Origin: Epiperipatus broadwayi
Lineage: Eukaryota; Animalia; Onychophora
Assembly (NCBI GenBank): GCA_028023455.1
Contig: JAQFVV010000003.1
Location: 29,636,001 to 29,700,000, forward strand
Direction of reading: 5' to 3'
Length of the DNA: 64,000 bases
Position numbers and translations under genes: made by a program. Positions within the stretch are counted from its first letter, which is position 1; each line of letters starts with the position of its first letter. A model generated the notes under the pieces. That model was not told where the DNA came from, searched no databases, and was given only the letters and a program-made list of their open reading frames with translations. Below, in pieces: positions 11,326 to 24,200 of the stretch.

Positions 11326-12949
11326 TTGCTTAACTATATTAAACCAATTATAATCTGTTTAAATATTTTAATATTATCATTTTTTAGTGATAAACACTGT
11401 ATTCCTTTTATTAAAGTCAATTCTGTTCAGCCTCTTTTAGAACCATCTTAAGCCTGGGTAATAATTGGACATCAGATGGTACAGTCCTATAATATATGCA
11501 TCACAGATGTTTCTGCCTTTGAGCTGCAAGAACTTAGGATTCAAAACGGCATTTAGGCTTCTAGTAGCCACATTTTATTCACTTATATTAGTCAAGCTAA
11601 TAACTTGAAATTAAAAAAACTTACCCAAACCCAATTTGTTTGTCTAGCTATACAGATCTGATCTTAGACCAGATTTTTTTAATACTTTAGTGACCTCTCC
11701 TTATGCTGAAACTCCTTTGGGTAAAAAGTTTAATATCAATTATAATATCACGACTTCTCGCAGCTTGCTTACATGCTTCCAAGAGCAGACAATGATTTCT
11801 TGTAAGCCTGAATAAACACTGGTTACCAAATGCTGTAGTGCTATTAATATTCACATTCCTAGACCACTTTGTGGATTTTGGTTTCAGCACTGAAGAATTA
11901 GGATTCAAAAATGGAATTAATTTGCTTGTATATCAAAGCAAATAACTTTTAATTCTTTATATTATTCAAGAGGTTGAAAATTAAAAAAAAGTCTAAAGTT
12001 TTTTAATTCAAACCAATTTCCCTTCAAAACTATAAAAATCTGATTCCAAGTCATTAAAATATATGAAAGTGATCTGGTGTTAAATCTATATATATATAGT
12101 TGTGCAAAAGAATTGACTTTTATTCAAAATTTAATTTCAAATTATTTACTCGAATAATTTAAAGAAATAAAAGGTAGTCACTAGATGCATAAACATATCA
12201 GTTTTAGCTTAGAATTTCAAATACTCTCTAAACAAAGGTAATGGATGTTTAATAGTTCAGGAGTATAGATATTATAGTACTATCATCTGATGTTCAGTGA
12301 CTACTCTGACTTATAATAAATGACTATAATGGGGTAAAAAGAACTACTTTTGGAAGTATATAATTTGAAGGAAATTATATGATATTAGTATTAATCTTTC
12401 TAACCAAACGATAAAAAATGGCATACTGTTGGCTTAAAACTGAAATCACTAAATATATATATATATATTGTAATGATAATTGCCCTTTCATAACAAATAC
12501 TAATTGGTCAAAATAACAATAAAATGACAATATTCACAAATTAATTTTAATATAGGAGAATTATAAATATCTGACAGGGTGACTGAGTTGTGGTGGGGTG
12601 ATTACACAAAATTTTAATTGACTAATTTATAAATCACAGATATGAACCAGAATGGGCACACATAAAAGCAGGTCTTTATGCAGAACCAGCCATGTTTCCT
12701 GGCTGTTATCATCTCCACATTAATATTAAAAGATAAAGTAAAATAATATACTTAGAATTCAGATGAGAAATAAACAAGTAACAAAATTATTAATAACAAT
12801 AATTTTAATTAATGAGCAGAATGAGAATACAACAAATCATATTTATATCTTAATATTTGTAAGGACAGCATGTGTGATACGAAAATTGTTTATTCACAAT
12901 TCATTAAAAAAAAGTTGAGGGTGTGACAATATTTACATCTGCAGCATTG

Positions 12950-15100
12950 CTGGACCAGGGGTTACCTTCGGTGGGCCCTTGGGTATGGCAAAAGCTCCCA
13001 TGCTCCCCGGTCAATCGAGCGGCAACCGATATGCGGGAACTTCCATGCTTATTAGAATCCGGGAAAATTACACAGAAAAATTCAATCCTATCAGCTCTGT
13101 TAAGTCCTATAGGTCCTTCTTGACTGGGGGTTCAAATTCACACATCACCAAATCTCATATCCTAGCTAAAATCAAAGCGTTTCAGAATGGGACTCGCTCC
13201 TGTCTGTATGGAATTCCCAAGTTCCTTCTGATATACCTTAGGTCCTTCATGGTTCCAATTGTGAAGAACATGGTGGACCATCTTGCTGATGGATGCTGAG
13301 AAATTAGTGGGATCTATCCCATTGCTATGGTGTCTCTTTTGAAAAAGCCTTATGGTCCTAGTGATTTGGGGGATTTAAGACCCATTTCTATGGTCCCATT
13401 GTCAATAAAGATGATTGAAAGTATGATCAAGGATGATGTTCAGCAGAACATCATACAACAATTGTCCTCTTAGCAATTTGCTAAGAAGGGAAGCTCTACT
13501 GCTGATGCTGTCATCTGGTTCTGCCTCATAGTTAACCATGTATGTAATAGGATGAACCAGCCAGTCGCGGTACAACTGGACTTTGCCAGTGCTTTTGATT
13601 GCATTAGAACTGAAGTGCTGCTCCTAAGGCATACCTCCACATGATAGAGAACCTGCTGCAAAATCATGGTTTTCTGTCTTTGAATGGTCGGGTCACTCCA
13701 GGTTTTTGGCCCTGTGTGTCCATCCCTCAGTGCTCACCACTGAGGACTCTCCTTTTTATAGCCTACATCAACCCTCCTGTTGACCATTGAGGCATCTCTA
13801 ACCGGAGTTGCCATTCCATTGCTGGGAGAGAACATTCACATTTCCTACATGAATGTGGTGGTGTTTCTCTCTTCCCGAGAGGTTGGTGAGCGAGAGAAGA
13901 TATTAGACCAGGTTGCTTGTGACTTTGGTCTAAAGATCAATGAAGAGTAATCAGCCTTATGGTATATTAGAACCAGGAAACATATCTCAGGGAGATTTAG
14001 AGCTCCCCTATAGAAATTTCTTGGCTTCAGAATGGCTTCCCCACCTCTCCCAATGTTATGAGAAAAGAGGCAGAGGCTTTGTTTGATAAGGTCGAAAAAA
14101 TTAAAATTCCTTGAGGATAGTTCCTGTCATTGTTAGGAAAGGTTGTGCTACTAAATGCAGTGGTGCTGCCAAAGATAACATACTTTTTGACAGGCTTGTC
14201 CTCAACAAGTGTTTATTAAATGAATTGAAATACTATGTAGGAAGCTGTGCTGGGGAGGGGGGAAGACACCAGTAATCAGCAAGAGGATCCTTCAACAACC
14301 TAAAAAGTTTAATAGTTTAAGGCTACACTTTCTACAGAATTTTCTACTGCAATGGACCCATAACATCTTAGTCAGATTGTTGTGCGAGAATGAGAAAATT
14401 GAGTGTCCCTTACCATGCATTAAAGTGGAGCACACAGATCGACCCCCTAAAGGGAGTGTTTGGTTGAAGCAACAGGTCTCAATAGTTATCAACATCAAGA
14501 CTTCCAACAACTTGTTTGTGAGGAAACCTTATTGGGATACTTATGGGCTCTCACATAATGATAAGGCTGAAGAAAAAAGTAAACCCTTACTTGGTATAAT
14601 TGGATTTGCAAGGCTGACCAAGAGGTTAAAATTAGAACCAAAACTAGTAGACTTTCAGTCTTGGAGTCCTCCCTACTCGAGCCTTTCTAAATTATAGGAG
14701 AGGGATTAGTTTGGACACTATATGTTATCTCTGCAATAAAGCTGAGGAGGATCATGAACATATTATGCAAGATTGTGAAAAATGGAACTATATACGCAGA
14801 TGGTTCCTAATGCAAATGGATAAAAATACTGCCACAGTTGATATTACCAAAGTAATCAAAAAAGGTGAATTTGAGTTGATCAAACTTGCAACTCAAGTAA
14901 ACTTTTCCATTTGGGCAGCCCGGAACATTTTTAATATTTCAAAGGGGAACTGAACAAACCTTTCATTTAACTTTTCTTAAGAAAATTAAAGAGCTGTAAA
15001 AGACTGGCAAGAGAATGTGTCAAGAATGGATGGCGGCTCAAACTTGATCCAGAGTTAACTTGGCCAATACTATATCAATTAGATAGATACTCTAATGAAC
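12950..15100 (+). mobile_element. Decayed, 5'-truncated L1/Tx1-clade non-LTR retrotransposon (RT plus C-terminal CCHC)
   Basis: Interrupted frames give DLGDLRPISMVP, QLDFASAFDCI, HISYMNVVVF (decayed YxDD), GKVVLLNAVVLPKITYF and CYLCNKAEEDHEHIMQDC. Many stops and frameshifts. Boundaries are approximate. Confidence 0.85.
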
Positions 15101-15707
15101 TCATTGATTAACATTCTCTAAGTAATCACTGTTATTATGTACATGAGATATCCTTGTGACAACAATTTATTATACATCAAACGCAAAAGACTTGTATCCA
15201 TATTCCCTGATGGGCTCATAACTTATATGACACTATTACAGAGAAGCAGGAACATTGATCAAACATTGAGTAAATGTTTGACTACCTCCATTGATTAAGG
15301 TCCATTCTCCTGATCTCTGAAAGGATAGATTAGGAGGCATTCCAGGCCTTGGGTTTGGACGAATGTAGTCACTACAGACTTGAAGGGGCCCAATTTATAT
15401 TTCTGATTATATGAAAATTATATAATTTTATTGTACAAAAATGTAAATAATTGTTTGTAGATTTACAAATCAGGTATGTTTGCACTACCATGAAGTGTGA
15501 TCAGGACCCTCAAGAGTTGGAATGAAGACATTGTGCATCATGACAAAATTCAAGTTGTAATTTATTAACCAGGCTGCCTTGATAGGTCCCTGTAGATTAT
15601 TTGACCAGGGTTATCAAAAGATGATTGTTGTACCCAGAAAAATTACATGTGAAATATTGATGTTAAATATGGTAATCCCTATGATTGTTTGTCAGTTGGA
15701 TTATATA

Positions 15708-17219
15708 AACAAAGCAAAACTCCATACAGTAGTGCCACCTGTGCTAAACAGAGTAATCAATGGATGCCAGAAGGCTTGTGCATAAAATCCCTATCTAATG
15801 CCTACTCATCCAATATCCCCAGACTAGTTTCTGGCTTGTGGCGTTCGTCAGTGAGGAGCTTTGGATCTGAGACACTGCATCTAAATCTTAGGATCTATTG
15901 CAACCACCTTTTATCTCTACTTAACTACAAAACTATGAGAATGAAATTGAAAACACAAAAAATATTTTCAATCTAAGCTCAATAGCTTATATAGTCATAT
16001 GGGTCTGAACTCAGTTCAGCACCCATATATTTTGGTGTCTTTGGCTCTTTAACAACCATAGCCACCACTATCCTATTAGAAAGGATTGGTGTTAAACCAT
16101 TAAGCATCACATGATCACATCTCCTATACTAGCACATAATTGCTTATAAACAAAGCAAAACTCCATACAGTAGTGCCACCTGTGCTAAACAGAGTAATCA
16201 ATGGATGCCAGAAGGCTTGTGCATAAAATCCCTATCTAAAGCCTACTCATCCAATATCCCCAGACTAGTTTCTGGCTTGTGGCCTTCGTCAGTGAGGAGT
16301 TTTGGATCTGAGAGCACTGCATCTAAATCTTAGGATCTAATGCAACCCTCTAGCAACCACCTTTTATCTCTACTTAACTACAAAACTATGAGAATGAAAT
16401 TGAAAACACAAAAAAATATTTTCAATCTAAGCTCAATAGCTTATATAGTCATATGGGTCTGAACTCAGTTCAGCACCCATATATTTTGGTGTCTTTGGCT
16501 CTTTAACAACCATAGCCACCACTATCCTATTAGGGAGGATTGGTGTTAAACCATTAAGCATCACATGCTCACATCTCCTATACTAGCACATAATTGTTTA
16601 TAAACAAAGCAAAACTCCATACAGTAGTGCCACCTGTGCTAAACAGAGTAATCAATGGATGCCAGAAGGCTTGTGCATAAATCCCTATCTAATGCCTACT
16701 CATCCAATATCCCCAGACTAGTTTCTGGCTTGTGGCCTTCGTCAGTGAGGAGTTTTGGATCTGAGAGCACTGCATCTAGATCTTAGGATCTAATGCAACC
16801 CCCTTTTATCTCTACTTAACTACAAAACTATGAGAATGAAATTGAAAAAAATATTTTCAATCTAAGCTCAATAGCTTATATAGTCATATTGAGCTTAGAT
16901 TGAAAATATTTTTTGTGTTTTCAATTTCATTCTCATAGTTTTGTAGTTAAGTAGAGATAAAAGGTGGTTGCTAGAGGGTTGCATTAGATCCTAAGATCTA
17001 GATGCAGTGCTCTCAGATCCAAAGCTCCTCACTGACAAAGGCCACAAGAAACTAGTCTGGGGATATTGGATGAGTAGGCATTAGATAGGGATTTTATGCA
17101 CAAGCCTTCTGGCATCCATTGATTACTCTGCTTAGCACAGGTAGCACTACTGTATGGAGTTTTGCTTTGTTTATAAACAATTATGTGCTAGTATAGGAGA
17201 TGTGATCATGTGATGCTTA
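15708..17219. mobile_element. Family A retrozyme-like insertion: about 2.6 tandem monomers (periods 441 and 454 bp) plus an inverted arm, 12-bp TSD
   Basis: TTGGATTATATA at 15696-15707 and 17220-17231. The hairpin apex is at ~16873-16887. HHR motifs at 15816-15857(-), 16257-16298(-), 16710-16751(-), with a broken copy at 17026-17063(+). Confidence 0.85.
16257..16298 (-). ncRNA. Minimal type-I hammerhead ribozyme motif (family A)
   Basis: UCCUCA CUGACGA AGGC CACAA GCCA GAAAC UA GUC/UGGGGA: 6-bp stem I, intact core, palindromic ACUAGU stem III, A-A mismatch closing stem II. An identical copy lies at 16710-16751. Confidence 0.75.
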
Positions 17220-18214
17220 TTGGATTATATAGGTGAACAGGGAAGGTAGAATAAGTGTAACTTAAGACATTATTGTAATTTAATGATATTGACGAAGAGG
17301 GTTTATTCAGTTACCTATTTATGTTTCAGTGAGCTTACATTTCTTTAACTTTTGAATATCGACATATGGCCATAAGAATCTCATCTTTTAAACATTTTCA
17401 AGCAAATTTTAATATTTTAATTTCTAGTGGTTTATTTCAATCTTAGTTTATTCCCACAGTTTTTCCTATTATTGAGAGTTGCAAAATTATTCAGAGTTAT
17501 AGCAACTAATTACGTTTTCTTATACTAGGTGTCACATATTTTCAACATCCAAAAGCAATTAATAAACAGGCAGAATTGAAGTTACTTTCTAAAGCATTCT
17601 TTTATAGTTCCATAATAAGCTACACTACTGGAAATTTTAGGGTGAGGTATTCTGAAGACTCCTGAAAATACATTATATCTATTTAAATAATCATTAAAAT
17701 TTTCCTGACTTCAATTTGCAAAACAAAGAAGTGAATATTTCCTCTCTTTTGTTTAAAAACAGATGATCAGAGTATTCTTTTTCATTTCTAATTCATTTTC
17801 ATAGCAACTTGGTACTGTTAATAGTTAATTTTATTTTACAATAAAAAATTGTAATACATTTTTAATTTTTACAATTATTATTTTAAATTTCTTCACAATT
17901 TACTTTATACAACTTAAAATATATAATAAAAAATGCATACACATTTATCAAAAAACTATTTATGTAAACTCTGTCATGGAGATTACTATATATATATATA
18001 AACTGATCTGATGTCAGATCTATTTATACAGGTGAATTATCTTGGATTCAAAAACCACATGGTTTTTAAATTTAAGCATGAATAATATAAATAAGAATGA
18101 AAAATGGCTGCTAGATGCATATTCCAAATTCAAAAACTAATCCGCATTAATAAAGGCAGAAACTAGTATATGAATGTGGATATTATTGCAATAAGCCATA
18201 TGTTGATTACTCAC

Positions 18215-18266
18215 CTATCATAGTAGGATCTACTGTAAAGTGAATTGCTTTCAAAAGCATGTATAA
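18215..18266 (-). CDS. Candidate 52-bp exon (IHAFESNSLYSRSYYD) of an unrecognised gene
   Basis: Strong acceptor cttctttcag, donor gtgagt and an open frame. No homology recognised. Confidence 0.3.
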
Positions 18267-18689
18267 CTGAAAGAAGTAATGTTGGCATTTCTTTTTCTCT
18301 CTCTTACACAGACATAAATAAACTTTAATAATGTAATGTAAAATGGCTTCATCTTAATGGGCTTAGAAGTCAAACCTTTCCTTCTTCTAAAATCATTGTG
18401 TACCATAGTAAATTCAACGTGCTTATTTCTAAATAATTTTTCTAGCAGTTTTTCTTCTTCTTTGTAGTATTCCATTTTAATATAATCTATTTTGTTAATT
18501 CCAGTATACTATACTCACATTAAGACCTAAACTAAATAATCTTTATCTCTCCTTCTCTTCCATGCAATTTATTCCGATTATCTTTCAATATCCTACACTC
18601 AAAAAACTAAAAATTTAATATCCGTCCTATTTCCACCTAAAACACATCTCGAGTCCAATTTCTTTCTCTCTTGACTAAAATTTAAACCA

Positions 18690-19745
18690 TTAAAACATCA
18701 TATGATCACCATTGGACTTATGCCCACATCTGTTAAAACAGCAGTAACTTCATACAGTAATGCTATCCAATGCAAGCCATAATTAATTGATGGTTGCTAG
18801 GTTTGTGCATCAAAATTTTATTTAGTGCCTACTCATTCAATATCTTCAGACTAGTTTATAGTTTAAGGTTTTCATCAGTAAAGAGTATTGCATGTGAGAG
18901 CACTGCATCTAGATTTTTGGATCTAATACAATCCTCCACCAACTATAAAATTTCAATCCATGCTCATATAAATCCGAACCTAGTTCAGTATCTATACATT
19001 TTGGGGTTTTTTTTTTTAAAAAAAAAACCAGTCACTAATATCCTTTGGGCAGGATTGATATTAAACCATTAAAACATCACGACTACCATTTCTTATGTGT
19101 ATATAATCTGTTAAAACAGTAGCAATTTTCTCCATATAGTAATGTCTCCCAATACAAGTCATGCTAGAAAGTTTTTGCATCAAAATCCCTATCTAGTGCC
19201 TATCATCTAATACCACCAGACTAGTTTATAGCTTGTGGCTTTTGTCAGTGAGGAACCTTGGATCTGAGAGCATTGCACCTAGATCTTAGGATCTAATACA
19301 ACTTTTTAGTTAACTGTAAACACAATTGTTTTCAATCCAAGCCATTCACTTATTTACTGATGCAGATCTGAATCCAATTCAGTATCTATATATTTTGGTG
19401 TCATCCTGGCCTTGCTATTAAAAAAAAAAAACCCCAAAATGTATAGATGCTGAACTGGGTTCAGATTTATGTGTTTACAAGTGAATTAGCTTCAATTGAA
19501 AACATAACTGCTTTTATTTTGCTTTATAGTTAACTAAAAGATCGCTGCTGGAGGATTGCATTAGATCCAAAATTCTAGATGCAGTGCTCTCAGATCCAAG
19601 GCTTCTCCGATGAAAGCTACAAACTAATTTGGGGATATTGGATGAATATATTAGGGATTTTGATGCACAAACCTTCTGGCATTCATTAATTACTATGGCT
19701 TGCAATGAATGGCACTACTATATGGAGAAAATAGCTAATGTTTAA
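18690..19745. mobile_element. Older, diverged family A insertion (two forward monomers plus an inverted arm)
   Basis: Diverged copies of the same monomer. HHR cores are mutated and no clean TSD is visible. Confidence 0.75.
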
Positions 19746-21050
19746 AGTTTCTGTCCTTGCAGCAAATACAAGCTTTTTCTAGTGTTATATATTTTTTCAT
19801 ATTATTTTTATCTTCATGTCACTTCTCTATCATCTACACACTAATCTATTTCTTATATAAAAATAAATTTTCATCTTACTTTGTGTACAATAAACTATTT
19901 CTCATTCAATGCTTGTTGGCTTTTTTGCACAATCCTGTTTTGACTGATCTATTTTCTTTTTTATATTGTAGCCTTCCAAACATTTTTAAATTTCCTTTTA
20001 TTTCATTAAAATTTTCCCTATTGTCTCACTAACCACAATCTATATCAGTATTCTCTTTTTAATGATCTGTTTAAAAATGTCAAGTCCTTTGAGTAATACA
20101 AAGTGCTCATTCTTAAATGACAAAGCAGACATCATCATACTTTCTGCCATATTTTAATTTAATCCATTCTATTTTTTGCATTTTTGTCTCGATTCCAATT
20201 CTCAACTGTCCATACAATTTCTTTCTCGAAATAAACAAAGTCTCTAAATACTATTCCTTCTTATTGACAATTTTTTCACACATTCATTTTCAACTTGATT
20301 TCATATTTAATTTTCATTGATTCTGTATTCCTAATTTATAGTTTTAAAAATAATACTTCTAAAAATTCATCATCAAATGTTCTACAAGGACGAATGATTA
20401 ATAATAAGGAATAGCCTTAATGTAATTAAGTTTAAGGCAAAATATTCTAAACCTAATTAAGGTAGATATTGCAATAATTCCAAAAGCAGATTATAATAAT
20501 CTGAAAGAATGAAAACACAAATAAAGCCATCAATATATGGAATTGTTGCTGTCATTACTACTTTTTAACAATACCTGAAATACTTAGCGTCTAAAGAATA
20601 CATAATCTGCAGTTTTTTCACTCTTTTCAGTGTATTTCTCATTACTTAAAAAGGTAGTTATTAAATAGGAATAGATCCAGTGAGATGGAAGTGACACTAA
20701 CTGACTTTAATATTTTCTTGTCGAATCATGTTCAAATACCTATAACAGATTACTCTATTTAGAGATATTAAGCCAAACAGTGATTCCTCCACCCCTTTCC
20801 AAATTAAAAAATCAATCATTAGACATTCAGTGGTATGTTGAACATTTTAAGACTGAATTATGTTTAATTACCAAAAGGCACTATTATGAGAACAATTTTT
20901 TAATATTATTTATGAAACATTTTCTTGATTTTTTCATTTCCAATGCTCATATGATATTTTTCTTCTCTCAGCATTGTTATTTTAATACACTTAATAGGTA
21001 GTTTAATAACAATTCTAGAATTTTAAACATTAAATTTTTTTAACACATAC

Positions 21051-21216
21051 TGATGATGAGATAATTTTCATAGATAAATAATCCTTGGTTGGCACACAAC
21101 AAACTTTCAATAATTTTGCTTGTTTCTCTTTTGTGGGATTGTACAATCTCATTTAATGAGGGGGTGATAGAAAAGAAATTTAATGATAACAAAAGTGCAC
21201 ATATAATATTTATCAT
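21051..21216 (-). CDS. Candidate coding exon with a signal-peptide-like N-terminus (MINIICALLLSLNFFSITPSLNEIVQSHKRETSKIIESLLCANQGLFIYENYLII)
   Basis: Strong acceptor ttttccatttctgttag at 21270-21271, ATG at 21216 and donor gtatgt at 21050. No homology recognised. Confidence 0.25.
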
Positions 21217-23389
21217 CAGCTACTTCAAATATTGCATACAATTCTTGCCCTGCATTCAAGTAAAGCAGCCTAACAGAAATGGAAAATTGTAAGTTGTATA
21301 GAAAAGTTTTGACTGAATCTTATTTTTATGGTATAAATCAGTAAATTGGCTATTTATAAAATATTATACCCACCTACATAATAAAAATCAAACTGGGGCA
21401 TTATAAGTGAAATTAATTAAATTATCACTTATCTTTTTTTATTGAGATATTATTGCCAATTCATATAAATAAAGACAACTATATGCAAATGAAAAATTTA
21501 TCTATATTGCATTTGTAGATGGTTTATACTACCTTAACGTCTTTCATCTAATTATAATATATTAGCCAGTTATCACTTCTTTTTTAAAAAAATTGTTTAC
21601 ACATGAAAATATAATCTGTATATTTTATTATCTTTAAAATTCAAATATTATCAGATAAACCATCGATTCAACATCTTTAAGTAACACATCTTCCTCACTA
21701 ATCACATTTTTCTTTATGGTTACCATATCAATATTCATGATTGGCTTAGATTGACCGACTTTCAGGGTTGCAAACAACTTTTCCATTATTTAATGATGCA
21801 ATTAAATTCTATAAAATTGTTTTTGAAAATCAGAAATATGCTGATATTATGTAAATATATGTAACAACTTTTTACTACATATATACTTTAATAACAAAAA
21901 TACAAAAGTCTAAAGGAAAATATTTTTATGATTATAAAAATATTTCTAATATATTTTTATTATAAAATTGTAACTTTTTTGATTTTTAAGAGTCTATAAA
22001 TATTCAATTTAAAAATATTAAACAAAAAAAAAAAATTGCTTTATATTTTTACTTTAACAATTAGAAATGTTGAGAGAAAACTCGAGGCATTGCAGATCTA
22101 TTGTTAAATTCAATGAATATAACCCCAGGCAACAATTATATACAGTCCCTTAAGTTTTTTAACTCCACTGAACATACATATCACATCACTATACATATAT
22201 AGAAAATAGATTTTTATTCTCAGAAAATCATTATAGCTGATAAAAAATTTTTTTTTCTACAAATCTTTGTGCCCAATAAAGAATATTCATATAACTGTTT
22301 AATATATTAATAATAATTTAATATTTTATAACATTTTTCTTATGACCACATATAAATTTAGCCCTCAGTTTAAAAATGTGTTATATACTTATGATTATTT
22401 CATGAATATATATTTACATTTTACTATTTATTACTATTATATTTAAAACTTCATTTAATGCCCTCTTTTCACAATCTGCTTACTCATTTAACATCCTATT
22501 TTTCAATTAAAAATAATTAGATACTAATCTATTGACCTATACTGATAGCTAATTAACATGGTTATGGATGATCTATATGCAAAAATACTAAGCTTGTATA
22601 GAAAATGCTCAATTACTTGAAAACTTTTCTTAAGTTCACATTTGAACCCTAAAGGAATGTGGAGATTAAAGCATTAAAAAAAAAGTAGGTGTTACACTGC
22701 CCTCATAGGTACTGTAACAGTAGCTGGGTTCAAACCCTGTTACAAGAAAGTGAAAAGCGCGTACGCATTACCCTCAATACAGGCATATATTCAAGCGGGC
22801 GATAAAGGGTTAAAATATATATATAGTTATACATATATATACGTGCGTGAAGTAAATTTTAAACTCTTTTTCTTTATTATTCTTTTTTATTTTTTGTTAG
22901 AAAATAAATGGGGAAGGGATTGATTAGTAAGCATTATTTATTTAGAATGTTTTACTTTTAAAATATTACAAATTGACAAAATTACAGTTGTGCGCAAATA
23001 TGTTATATATTGTTTAGAATATTGATTTAAGTTTCAATTATATTTCAAATTAACGAGGGTAGCGAAAAGGAAATATTGTTTGTGCCTTCAAGCAATTCTG
23101 TGTTTGAATCACAATCGCTAATTACTGCAAAAATAAAATTCCAAGAAAAAAACCAAAGAATGTTTGACCAAAAAGAATAGATACAGGAATGATGGCACCA
23201 CCAAAACAATGGAAATGTAAAATTAAAGAAGTAAAAGTAATTTGGAAAGGAAAACCTATTCAAAGAAAAAGAATTAGATGGGAGATCCAATAAAAAAAAT
23301 TCCTTTGTCTGAGAAATGAAAATTAATTAGACAAAAAATTAATTAATGAGAATTTGAAAAAAAAAAAAAAGTCAGTTTTCAGTTAGATT

Positions 23390-24200
23390 GTGACCGCTGA
23401 GTGAGACAGACTCATAAAGATATAGAAAAAATATTTAACATGACGGGGTAGGACCATACGTAAAGGGCTTCATCACCCGCAGCCGATGCGAACTGACTAT
23501 AAACCGCCTGCCCGCCGAAAAACCTAGCGTAAGACTCCGGATTGCTGAACATAAAATGAAATAGAAAAAAATTGTACGTCCCAGAATATGAATTTATTTG
23601 ATTTGAAAATTATATTAGACAAGAATCCACTTACAGCTCCGCCATCACTTATGGACATCTAAATATCGGACTCTATAGAAAGAAATTATATATTGCGCTT
23701 TCATAAGGCAACTTCAAATACTACTAGATCACGGAAATCCACTTGATATGTTTCACTACATTCTAATCCCATGCCCCAGGGTTTCGTCAGGTAAAGTGAA
23801 CTCTGTTTTTATATAACTCAGAATTGCTTATAGCTACCCTCGAAAATAACAAACTTTCTTAAATTATTTTATAACATAAAATTATTGCGTACAACTGTAT
23901 AGTAAAATTTTTTTTTCATATATATATAAATTAATATGTGTTTATTCTAAATTAAATGTTTTATTGTTTCATTTATGATTTGGGAACTTATTATATATTT
24001 TAAATGGGAGGGATAAGAATTGATTTACATAGATAGCATTTAGATATTAATAATAAAATTTAGTACAGATTTATCTTTGCGTTGGAGTTATTCAGTAATT
24101 ATCGTTTACATTTTCCAATCAATTCATTTGCTAAATAAATTCCGATGATTCAAATATGTCCGAGGTAAGCGGATATATCTATAAGTGCATTATAAATTAA
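23390..24200. promoter_or_regulatory. CpG-enriched candidate promoter region with plus-strand splice donors
   Basis: CpG-rich patch at ~23440-23560. Donors CAG|gtaaag at 23791 and ATGTCCGAG|gtaagc at 24156-24170. Confidence 0.35.

Noticed and set aside
15579-15976. ORF-track ORFs overlapping family A repeats (also 19514-19705)
   Set aside because: Chance frames in a non-coding repeat, not conserved between monomers.
15708-16887. Repeat array considered as CRISPR or satellite
   Set aside because: Eukaryotic context, ~450-bp units with no spacers, and bounded by a TSD.
9620-18065. Scattered plus-strand micro-exon candidates (~10256, ~15461, ~17233, ~18032)
   Set aside because: AG/GT pairs are frequent by chance here and no coherent protein could be assembled.
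22640-22815. piggyBac-like end (AAAGGGTTAA) and B-box-like GGTTCAAACCC
   Set aside because: No matching opposite end or tRNA-like fold; too short to support a call.
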